From Planctomycetota bacterium (lineage in GTDB: Bacteria; Planctomycetota; B15-G4; SIAN01): DNA of 64,000 bases. A model generated the notes under the pieces. That model saw only the letters and a program-made list of their open reading frames with translations, was not told the origin of the DNA and did not search any database. This document shows positions 26,931 through 35,081 of this stretch, piece by piece; the stretch's first letter is position 1; every line of letters begins with the position of its first letter. Where the stretch lies: positions 192,001 through 256,000 of the forward strand of contig JANNXA010000022.1 in the NCBI GenBank assembly GCA_031409275.1. The letters run 5' to 3'. The translations under genes and the position numbers were made by a program.

Positions 26931-29674
26931 TGCACCGCGATCGCGGCGGGGTTGCTCGCCACCAGGCGGTTGCGCACGTACTTCAGGCTGTAGACACGGA
27001 GCGTGAAGGTGCTGCCGCTCGCGCCGGTCGGGATCGTGTCGGTCGCTTCGTAGCGTCCGAACTCGTCGAGCACGTCGATGAGCAGCACCTCGAAGAGCGG
27101 CATTCCGTCGACGTCCACCAGGATCAGGAGGAACGGCGCGCCCGTCTCGCCGCCCGTGATCGTCGCCGTGCAGGCATCGCCCTCGTTGGGATCGGTCGGC
27201 GACACGCTGAAGGTCAGCGGCACCGAACCGTAGGCGCGCACGCGGCCGGCATCGACTCCGATCCCGCTGTTGTCCTCGCTTGTCGCTCCGACCACCAGGT
27301 CGAAGCGCCGATCGCCGTCGAGATCGACCTCCCCCATCAGGCTCGCGCCGAAGGTGGTGCCCGCGATCCCCTCGACCGCCTGCAGCAGCGACCCATCGAC
27401 GCCGGAGCGCAACTCCGCCACATCGAGCCCGCGCCAGGAGAGCCAGTAGTCGGGGACGCGATCGCCATCGCGATCTTCGGCGCGCGAGAAGGCCGCGATC
27501 TCGCCGGTGGCGCCCGCCGGGGCGTTCATGCGGTAGATCAGCGAGCCGGTCGCGCCGGAGACGATGCGTGCCACGCGGTTGCGCGCGTCGTTGCCGATGC
27601 CGAAGTCGTCGAGGCCATCGCGATCGATGTCGCCGACGTTCGCGACGGTCGCGCCGACGCGGTCGACCGTGCCGTAGTTCACGGTGCGCAGCGTCGAACC
27701 GTCGGCGCCTGAAAGAAGCTCGGCGCTCGCGAGCCCGGGCACCCCGACCAGCACATCGTCGAGACCATCTCCATCCTGATCGCCGACGTTGGCGAGCGAC
27801 GCGCCGAACTCATCCGCCGCCGCTCGCGTCTCGTCCCACAGGAGTCCGCCGTCGCTGCCGCGGCGCGCGGTCACGTGGCTCGTCCCCGGCCCGCCGATGA
27901 AGAGGTCGCCGCTGCCGTCGCCATCGAGGTCGCCGGCCGCCGACAGCGCGGCGCCATCGCGGCCACCGAGCGTCGCGCCATCGATCGTCACGATCGTCGC
28001 GCCGGTCGCGCCCGAGACCACGCGCACGCCGCCGGTATCGGTGGCGCCGGCATTGAAGTCGGGTTGTCCGATGGCGAGGTCATCGATCGCGTCACCGTCG
28101 ACGTCGCCGAGCGAGGCGAGCGTGGCGCCGAAGTTCGCATTGCCCTGGTTCGGGCCGGCGACGGTGCGCAAGGTCGCACCGGTGCGCCCCGACGCGATCT
28201 GCACCGAGCCGCCCGTGAAGCTGCCCGGCCGATCGCCCGGAACGCCGATCGCCACGTCCGGCAGCGCGTCGCCGTCGGCATCCGCCGCCACGCACACTGC
28301 GCTGCCGCTGCGCGAAGAGGCGCGAGTGCCGTCCTTCACCCAGCGCGCGGTCGCCAACGTTCGCCAGGAGGCGCGCTGCACGGCCTTCCAGGCATTGATC
28401 CGGCCACCGGTGGCGCACTTCGAGGAGAGGGTGGCGAGCGGATCGACCGAGTCGACGATCCAGTCCTTGATCTGCTGGCCGTCGGCGCTGCCTCCCACCC
28501 ACGCGAGCAGCGCGGCGAGCCCGGTCGCCGTCGGCGCCGCGTAGGAGTTGGCCGAGCCGACGCTGTAGCCGCCGCCGAGCGTCGTGCTCTGCAAGTTGTT
28601 GCCTGGCACGAGCACGTCGAGGCTCACCTTCCCGAAGTCGGAGAAGCTGGTGAGCGCATCGTTCTCGTCGGTCGAACCGATCGCGAGGATCTCGGGCAGG
28701 TCGAAGCAGACCGGGTAGCTCGCCTTGTTGTCGAGGTTCTGCGCCGAGTTCCCGCCCGGCACGATCGCGAGGTGGCCCGCATCGCCCGCGAGGTCGAAGG
28801 CGTCGTAGAGCGTCTGCGAGAAGCTCGGGCTCGTGTAGCTGTGGTTCGACACGACCGCGCCATGCGCCACCGCGTAGTCGAGGCACGTGATCGCCTCGGC
28901 GAAGGTCCCGCTGCCGGCCGCCGAAAGGAACTTGCAGCCCATGATGCGGGCGTTCCAGGCCACGCCGGCGATGCCCTGGCCGTTGTCCGGCTCGGCCGCG
29001 GCGATGCCGGCGACGAACGTGCCGTGGCCGTTGTCATCCATCGGATCGCCATCGACGTTGACGGCATCGATGCCATGCACGTCGTCGATCCAGCCGTTGG
29101 CGTCGTCGTCGATTCCGTTCCCGGCGATCTCGCCCGGATTCACCCACGCCTTGTTGGCGAGGTCGGGATGGGTGTAGTCGCAGCCGGTGTCGACGGTCGC
29201 GAGGATGACGCCCGCGTCGCCGCGCGCCATGTCCCATGCCTCGAACAGATCCATGTCCGAGTCGTTCGCCTGCCCGAGGTGCCATTGCAGCGGGACGAGC
29301 GGGTCGTTGGGGACGCCGGTCGGCTGGACGCGGAAGTTCGGCTCGGCGTAGCGGACGAGACCCGACTCGTTCAGCTTGCGCAGCGTGGCGGCGAGGTCGC
29401 TGCCCGGGGCGAGCCGCAGGCGGAAGAGCTGACCGTGCCACAGCTCGTCGTCGCTGATGGCGCCCGCGAGCCCGCGCACCGCGGCGCGCAGCTGCGGCGA
29501 CGCGGCCTCATGCCCGCGCCACAGAACCTGGTCGGGCACGATGTCGCCGACGAGCGGCGTGTGGCCGTCCTGGAAACGGGGTCGCGCCGTCTCCTCCGCC
29601 GAGCGCGCGAAGAGGCTCGGCGCAGCCGCGATCAGCAGCGCGAAACGGGGGCAACGGAAGCCGGCGTTCGACAT
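26927..29674 (-). CDS. S8 subtilisin-like serine protease with FG-GAP/integrin-alpha repeats and shared C-terminal domain
   Basis: YAEPN, PNDP, VDTG, GNGIDDD.NGWIDD, HGTFVAG, ANSYAAP; repeated GD.DGDG.DD...G.P. Confidence 0.9.
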   Translation of the reverse strand: MSNAGFRCPRFALLIAAAPSLFARSAEETARPRFQDGHTPLVGDIVPDQVLWRGHEAASPQLRAAVRGLAGAISDDELWHGQLFRLRLAPGSDLAATLRKLNESGLVRYAEPNFRVQPTGVPNDPLVPLQWHLGQANDSDMDLFEAWDMARGDAGVILATVDTGCDYTHPDLANKAWVNPGEIAGNGIDDDANGWIDDVHGIDAVNVDGDPMDDNGHGTFVAGIAAAEPDNGQGIAGVAWNARIMGCKFLSAAGSGTFAEAITCLDYAVAHGAVVSNHSYTSPSFSQTLYDAFDLAGDAGHLAIVPGGNSAQNLDNKASYPVCFDLPEILAIGSTDENDALTSFSDFGKVSLDVLVPGNNLQSTTLGGGYSVGSANSYAAPTATGLAALLAWVGGSADGQQIKDWIVDSVDPLATLSSKCATGGRINAWKAVQRASWRTLATARWVKDGTRASSRSGSAVCVAADADGDALPDVAIGVPGDRPGSFTGGSVQIASGRTGATLRTVAGPNQGNANFGATLASLGDVDGDAIDDLAIGQPDFNAGATDTGGVRVVSGATGATIVTIDGATLGGRDGAALSAAGDLDGDGSGDLFIGGPGTSHVTARRGSDGGLLWDETRAAADEFGASLANVGDQDGDGLDDVLVGVPGLASAELLSGADGSTLRTVNYGTVDRVGATVANVGDIDRDGLDDFGIGNDARNRVARIVSGATGSLIYRMNAPAGATGEIAAFSRAEDRDGDRVPDYWLSWRGLDVAELRSGVDGSLLQAVEGIAGTTFGASLMGEVDLDGDRRFDLVVGATSEDNSGIGVDAGRVRAYGSVPLTFSVSPTDPNEGDACTATITGGETGAPFLLILVDVDGMPLFEVLLIDVLDEFGRYEATDTIPTGASGSTFTLRVYSLKYVRNRLVASNPAAIAVQ

Positions 29675-29738
29675 CGATTCGCTCCAGCAGAAGCAGCAAC
29701 GGTCGTACGGCTGACGATGCTCACCGCGCGCGCCGCAC

Positions 29739-29768
29739 TTGACAAGCCCCGGTCGCCGTCCGCAGTCT
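29739..29768 (+). promoter_or_regulatory. Putative sigma70 promoter of topA (TTGACA-N18-CAGTCT), probably leaderless
   Basis: Perfect -35 TTGACA at 29739-29744; -10-like hexamer ends 7 nt before ATG 29776; no SD sequence. Confidence 0.55.
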
Positions 29769-29775
29769 CGCCGGA

Positions 29776-32472
29776 ATGGGAAAGCCGCTCGTCATCGTGG
29801 AATCACCGGCCAAGGCGAAGACCATCGCCAAGTTCCTCGGCAAGGACTGGGTGGTCGAAGCGTCGATCGGCCACGTCCGTGACCTGCCCTCGAACGCCTC
29901 CGAGATCGCCCCGGCGCTGAAGAAGGAGGCGTGGGCGCGACTTGGCGTCGACGTCGACCACGGCTACGCCCCGCTCTACGTCGTGCCGGCCGAGAAACGG
30001 GGCAAGATTCGCGAACTGAAGAGCCTGCTGAAGGACGCCAGCGCCCTCTACCTCGCCACCGATGAGGACCGCGAAGGCGAGGCGATCTCGTGGCACCTGC
30101 TCGAGCTGTTGCAGCCGAAGGTGCCGGTCAAACGGATGGTGTTCCACGAGATCACGAAGGCGGCGATCGACGCCGCGCTCAAGAACTGCCGCGACATCGA
30201 CACGAGCCTCGTCGACGCCCAGGAGGCGCGACGCATCCTCGATCGCCTCTACGGCTACGAGGTGAGCCCGATCCTCTGGCGCAAGATCGCGCCGCGCCTC
30301 TCGGCGGGGCGAGTCCAGAGCGTCGCCACCCGCCTCATCGTCGAGCGCGAGCAGGAGCGCATGGCGTTCCGTTCGGCCGACTGGTGGAACGCCCTGGTGA
30401 CCCTCGAGCGCACGGCGATCGCGTTCCCGGCGCAGGTGATCGCCGTGGATGCGCGGGTGCTCGCGCAGGGGCGCGACTTCGGCAGCGACGGCAAGCTGCT
30501 GGCCGGCCGCAACGTCCTCGTGCTCGACGAAGCGGGCGCGAAGCGACTCGCCGAGGGGCTCGCCGGCAGCGTGCCGATCACGCGGAAGGTCGAGCAGAAG
30601 GACTACGGCTCCTCGCCCAAGCCGCCGTTCACGACGTCGACGCTCCAACAGGAAGCGGGACGCAAGCTCGGGATGACGGCGAAGCGGGCGATGCAGGCCG
30701 CGCAACGTCTCTACGAAGGCGGATTCATCACCTACATGCGTACCGACAGCATCGCGCTCTCGGCGCAGGCGCTGCAGGCGGCGCGCACCCTGGTGGGCGC
30801 GCGCTACGGCGCCGACTACCTGCCGCGAACGCCGCGCACCTGGGACGCCAAGTCGCGCAACGCCCAGGAAGCGCACGAGGCGATCCGCCCGGCCGGCGAG
30901 AGCTTCCGCGATCCCGACGAGGTCGCGCGCGAGACGCCGGTCGACGAGGCGCGCCTCTACGACCTGATCTGGAAGCGGACGGTGGCGTCGCAGATGGTGG
31001 ACGCTCGCCTGCGCAGCGTCGCTGCGACCTTCGACGCCCCGCTGCGCGGCGGCGGCAAGGCGGAACTCGTCGCGCGCGGTCGCACCACCTTGTTCGATGG
31101 CTACTTGCGTGCCTACGTCGAAGGGCGCGATGAAGGCGAGGCGAGCGGCGCCGAGCGCGGGGACCACGACGAGGCGGTGTTGCCGCCGCTGCAGCAGGGC
31201 GATGAAGCGTTGGTGGTGCGTGCCGAGCCGGCCGGTCACTCGACCAAGCCGCCGGCGCGCTTCACGGAAGCGGGTCTGGTCCAGAAGCTCGAGGAGCTTG
31301 GGGTCGGACGCCCGTCCACGTACGCCAGCATCATCGGCACGATCGTCGATCGTGAGTACGTCGTGAAGCGAGGCGCGGCGCTCGTCCCGACCCCGCTCGC
31401 GTTCGCCGTCGTCAGCCTGATGCTGGCGCTCGAACCGACGCTCGTCGACTACTCGTTCACCGCCGAGATGGAGAACGAGCTCGACGCGATCGCGCGCGGC
31501 GAGTCGAAGCGCAATGACTTCCTCGAACGCTTCTATCGCGGCGACAAACCGGGCCTGAAGGCGATCGTCACCGATCGGGCTGCCGCGATCGATCCGCGCA
31601 AGGTCGGCACGATCCCGATCGGCATGAAGGATGGCGTCGCGATCTCGCTGCGCGTCGGCCGCTACGGCCCCTACATCGAGCACGGCGACCTGCGCGCGAG
31701 CGTCCCCGAAGGGCTCGCCCCCGACGAGATCACCGTCGACAAGGCGCTCGAACTCATCGCCACGGCCAGTCAGGCCGAGGAGCCGATGGGCCAGTCCACG
31801 GACGGCCAGCCGGTCTTCCTTCGCACCGGCCGCTTCGGCCCCTACGTGCAGCTTGGACTCGATCCCGAGGAGGGCGACGACAAGGCCGCGAAACCCAAGC
31901 GCGCGTCGCTGCTGCGTTCGATGAACCCGAAGAGCCTCTCGCTGGAGCAGGCGCTGCAGCTCCTGTCGCTACCGCGCGCGGTCGGGCTCGATGTCGATGG
32001 CAACGCGATCCGCGCCGCGCTCGGTCGCTTCGGCCCCTACCTGGTGAAGGATCTGCCGGGCGCGCCCAAACCCGACTACCGCAACCTGAAGAGCGAAGAG
32101 CAGCTCTTCACGATCACGCTCGATGAGGCGCGCGCGATCTACGCCCTGCCCAAGGGGCAGCGCGGCGGTCGCGGCGGAGCGGCCGCGCCGCCGTTGCGCG
32201 AGCTCGGCGTCGATCCCGCATCGAAAGCGGCCATCGTGATCAAGGACGGCAAGTACGGTCCCTATTGCAGCGATGGCGAGACCAACGCGTCGCTGCCCAA
32301 GGGGGCGAGCGTCGCCGACTTCACGCTCGACGATGCGCTGCGGCTGCTGGCCGAGCGACGCGAGATCGCGCCGCCGAAGAAGAAGAAGGGCGCTCGCAAG
32401 GCATCGGCCGGCAAGACGCCGGCTCGAAAGGCGGCGGCGGGCAAACGCGCGCCGTCGAAGTCGAAGGGGTGA
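29776..32472 (+). CDS. topA: Type IA DNA topoisomerase I with C-terminal Topo_C repeats and Lys/Ala tail
   Basis: LVIVESPAKAKTI, ATDEDREGEAI, SAGRVQS, ITYMRTDS, QEAHEAIRP, GRPSTYA; repeated GR(Y/F)GPY. Confidence 0.98.
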   Translation: MGKPLVIVESPAKAKTIAKFLGKDWVVEASIGHVRDLPSNASEIAPALKKEAWARLGVDVDHGYAPLYVVPAEKRGKIRELKSLLKDASALYLATDEDREGEAISWHLLELLQPKVPVKRMVFHEITKAAIDAALKNCRDIDTSLVDAQEARRILDRLYGYEVSPILWRKIAPRLSAGRVQSVATRLIVEREQERMAFRSADWWNALVTLERTAIAFPAQVIAVDARVLAQGRDFGSDGKLLAGRNVLVLDEAGAKRLAEGLAGSVPITRKVEQKDYGSSPKPPFTTSTLQQEAGRKLGMTAKRAMQAAQRLYEGGFITYMRTDSIALSAQALQAARTLVGARYGADYLPRTPRTWDAKSRNAQEAHEAIRPAGESFRDPDEVARETPVDEARLYDLIWKRTVASQMVDARLRSVAATFDAPLRGGGKAELVARGRTTLFDGYLRAYVEGRDEGEASGAERGDHDEAVLPPLQQGDEALVVRAEPAGHSTKPPARFTEAGLVQKLEELGVGRPSTYASIIGTIVDREYVVKRGAALVPTPLAFAVVSLMLALEPTLVDYSFTAEMENELDAIARGESKRNDFLERFYRGDKPGLKAIVTDRAAAIDPRKVGTIPIGMKDGVAISLRVGRYGPYIEHGDLRASVPEGLAPDEITVDKALELIATASQAEEPMGQSTDGQPVFLRTGRFGPYVQLGLDPEEGDDKAAKPKRASLLRSMNPKSLSLEQALQLLSLPRAVGLDVDGNAIRAALGRFGPYLVKDLPGAPKPDYRNLKSEEQLFTITLDEARAIYALPKGQRGGRGGAAAPPLRELGVDPASKAAIVIKDGKYGPYCSDGETNASLPKGASVADFTLDDALRLLAERREIAPPKKKKGARKASAGKTPARKAAAGKRAPSKSKG

Positions 32473-33395
32473 GCGGCGGCGCGCCGGTCGAGGTCGAGCG
32501 ACTCGGCAAGCGCTTCGGATCGCGCGTCGCGCTCGCTGACATCGACCTCACCGTGGCGGCGGGCGAGATCGTCGGACTGGTCGGACCCAACGGTTCGGGC
32601 AAGTCGACCCTGCTGCGCGTGCTCGCCGGGCTGTTGCGTCCGACTTCGGGTCGCGCACGCCTCTTCGGCCACGATCCGTTCCTCGCGCGCGAGACGGTGA
32701 TGCGCGATGCACGCTTCGCGTTCGCGCCGCCGGCCCTGTTCGAGTCGCTCACGGCGCGCGAGCACCTCGTGCATCTGGTCGGGCTGCATGGCCGAGCGGC
32801 GAGGCCGCCGGCCGCCGCGATCGATGGAGCGCTGGCGCGGGTCGGCCTCGCGGAGCGCGCAGACGATCGAGTGCGCAGCTTCTCGTTTGGCATGCGGCAG
32901 CGACTCGCGGTGGCGCAGGCTCTGTTGCCGCCGCCCCGCCTCGTCGTGCTCGATGAGCCGACCGAAGGGCTCGATCCCGCCGCCGTGCTCGAACTGCGCG
33001 CGATCCTCTCCGAACTGCGCAAGCAGCACGGCGTCGCCATCCTCCTGTCGAGCCACCTGCTGATCGAGATCGACTCGCTGGTCGATCGGCTGCTCCTGCT
33101 GCAGGAGGGGCGCGTCCTCTTCGCCGGCAGCGCGGCGACGCTTCGCGCTGGCAGCGAGCGGCTGGTGCTCGGTGTCGATGCGGTCGAGCGCGGCGCCGCG
33201 GCGCTCCTCGCGCACGGCTTCGCGGCGACGCTTCGCAGCGACGGGACGCTCGAGGTTGCGAACGGCACTTTGACGCTCGCGGAGGCGCAGACGCTGCTGC
33301 GCGCGGCGGGCGTCGCGTTGGCGAGTTTCCACGTCGAGCAGCGCAGCCTGGAGCAGTTGCTTCGCGAGCGCCTCGCCGCCGGGCGACCCGCATGA
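32469..33395 (+). CDS. ABC transporter ATP-binding protein
   Basis: GPNGSGKST Walker A; FSFGMRQRL signature; LDEPTEGLD; SSH; GTGA overlap with topA. Confidence 0.93.
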   Translation: MSGGAPVEVERLGKRFGSRVALADIDLTVAAGEIVGLVGPNGSGKSTLLRVLAGLLRPTSGRARLFGHDPFLARETVMRDARFAFAPPALFESLTAREHLVHLVGLHGRAARPPAAAIDGALARVGLAERADDRVRSFSFGMRQRLAVAQALLPPPRLVVLDEPTEGLDPAAVLELRAILSELRKQHGVAILLSSHLLIEIDSLVDRLLLLQEGRVLFAGSAATLRAGSERLVLGVDAVERGAAALLAHGFAATLRSDGTLEVANGTLTLAEAQTLLRAAGVALASFHVEQRSLEQLLRERLAAGRPA

Positions 33396-34228
33396 TCCTG
33401 CGCCTCGAGTTCTTGCGCCTGGTGCGTTCGCGGCGGCCGCTGATGGCGCTGCTGGCGCTGCTGCTCTTCCTGGCGCTGATGCTGGTGGGGTTCTGGAGCT
33501 ACGCGCAGTCGCGCACGCACGGAGCCGTGCAGTTCGAGTACACGTACGAGAACCGCTCCTACTTCAACGGACTGACCTTCGCGCTCTACGCCTTCTTCTT
33601 CGGCTTCGTGCTCCTCCTGCCGATCTTCGCCGCGATCGAGGGCGGCGCACAGATCGCGGGCGACGCCGGCAGCGGCACGCTCGGTCTGCTGCTGGTCCGC
33701 CCGATCTCGAAGACGCGCCTCTTCTTCACGAAGCTCGCCGTGGCGTGGGGCTGGTCGACTCTGCTGACCGCGCTCTTCCTCGGCGCGGCGCTGCTGCTCG
33801 GGTTGTTCGCGGTCGGCTGGGGCGAGCTGCGGCTCTATCCCGGCGTGCTCCAGAGCAGCGATCGTCCGCAGCTCCTGTCACGGGCCACGGCGTTGCGCCG
33901 TTTCCTGCTGGCGTGGCCGGCGGCGAGCCTCGCGCTGCTGGCCCCGCTCGCGCTCAGCTTCTGGATCTCGACGTGGACGCGCAGCGCGGTGAACGCGGTG
34001 GGCACCGCGGTCGCCCTCTATCTCGTCGCGCACGTGATCGTCGAGGTCCACTTCTTCGAGGCGTTGAAGCCGTGGCTCTTCACGAGCCACACGACCGCCT
34101 GGCGCGCGCTGTTTCGCGAGACGATCGATTGGCGCGAGATCGCGGGCCACGAAGTGGCGCTGCTCGGCCACGCCGCGCTCTTCCTCGCCTTGGCGTTTCG
34201 CCGCTTTCGGCGTCGGGAGGAGGCATGA
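33392..34228 (+). CDS. ABC-2 type transporter permease
   Basis: About six TM segments; IAGD..SGTL..LL.RP.S.T..F..K motif; ATGA coupling. Confidence 0.88.
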   Translation: MILRLEFLRLVRSRRPLMALLALLLFLALMLVGFWSYAQSRTHGAVQFEYTYENRSYFNGLTFALYAFFFGFVLLLPIFAAIEGGAQIAGDAGSGTLGLLLVRPISKTRLFFTKLAVAWGWSTLLTALFLGAALLLGLFAVGWGELRLYPGVLQSSDRPQLLSRATALRRFLLAWPAASLALLAPLALSFWISTWTRSAVNAVGTAVALYLVAHVIVEVHFFEALKPWLFTSHTTAWRALFRETIDWREIAGHEVALLGHAALFLALAFRRFRRREEA

Positions 34229-35040
34229 ACCGCAGCGCGCGCGTGGTCGAGCTGCTGCTCTGGCTGATCGCGGCGATCGCGCTGCTGGCCGCGCCGCGCC
34301 TCGCGCCGACTGCGAGCGAGGCGGCGCTCGACGCTCCGCCGGCGAAGTCGCGGGCGCGGGGCGAGTGGCGAGTCGTGACCTGGAACGTCGGCGGCAGCGC
34401 CAACGGAACCGCTCACCCACTCGCTGACAGCGACCTCGAGGCCGTGGCGAAGACGCTGCGCGAACTTCGCCCCGACCTCGTGCTGCTGCAGGAGTTCCGC
34501 TACGGGACGCAGTGGGACGCGTTGCGCGCCCGCTTCGAGGTCGGCGCAGGCTATGTGCAGTCGGCGGCGGACGACGTCGCGATCGTGGCCGTGCGCGGCG
34601 CGCTCGCCGATGGGCGCTCGAGCGGCCTCTTCGCGCAAGCGCGTTGGCAGGTCGACGGTCACGAGTTCGCCGTCGGCGCGCTCCACGCAGCGGCCTGGTC
34701 GGCGCGCGAGCGGCGCCGCGAGATCGGCGGCGCGCTCGATCGAACGCTGCAGATGACGGCGCGCGCGCACCTCTTCGGCGGCGACTTGAACCTCGACGTC
34801 GATCAGCGCGGCGACCTCTTCTCGAACGATCCGCAGCGCGACGCCGAGGTCTACAACTACGTGGCGGAGCGATTGCTCGACGCCGGAGCGGGCCGCGGAC
34901 CGACGGCGGAACCCGATCGCCGTCTCGACTACCTCTTCGTGTCGAGGGAGTTCGAGGTGCGCGCCGCCGGCCCGTGGAAGGGGCGTCGCAGCGGCACCAT
35001 GGACCACGATCCGCTGGTCGTCGACCTGCGCCTTCGCTGA
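34225..35040 (+). CDS. Membrane-anchored endonuclease/exonuclease/phosphatase (EEP) family protein
   Basis: VVTWNV, DLVLLQE, GGDLN, RLDYLF, DHDP; N-terminal TM; GGAGG RBS. Confidence 0.9.
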   Translation: MNRSARVVELLLWLIAAIALLAAPRLAPTASEAALDAPPAKSRARGEWRVVTWNVGGSANGTAHPLADSDLEAVAKTLRELRPDLVLLQEFRYGTQWDALRARFEVGAGYVQSAADDVAIVAVRGALADGRSSGLFAQARWQVDGHEFAVGALHAAAWSARERRREIGGALDRTLQMTARAHLFGGDLNLDVDQRGDLFSNDPQRDAEVYNYVAERLLDAGAGRGPTAEPDRRLDYLFVSREFEVRAAGPWKGRRSGTMDHDPLVVDLRLR

Positions 35041-35081
35041 CGACGAGCTACAGTCCGCGGCCGTTCCTTCAGGAGCTGCCG

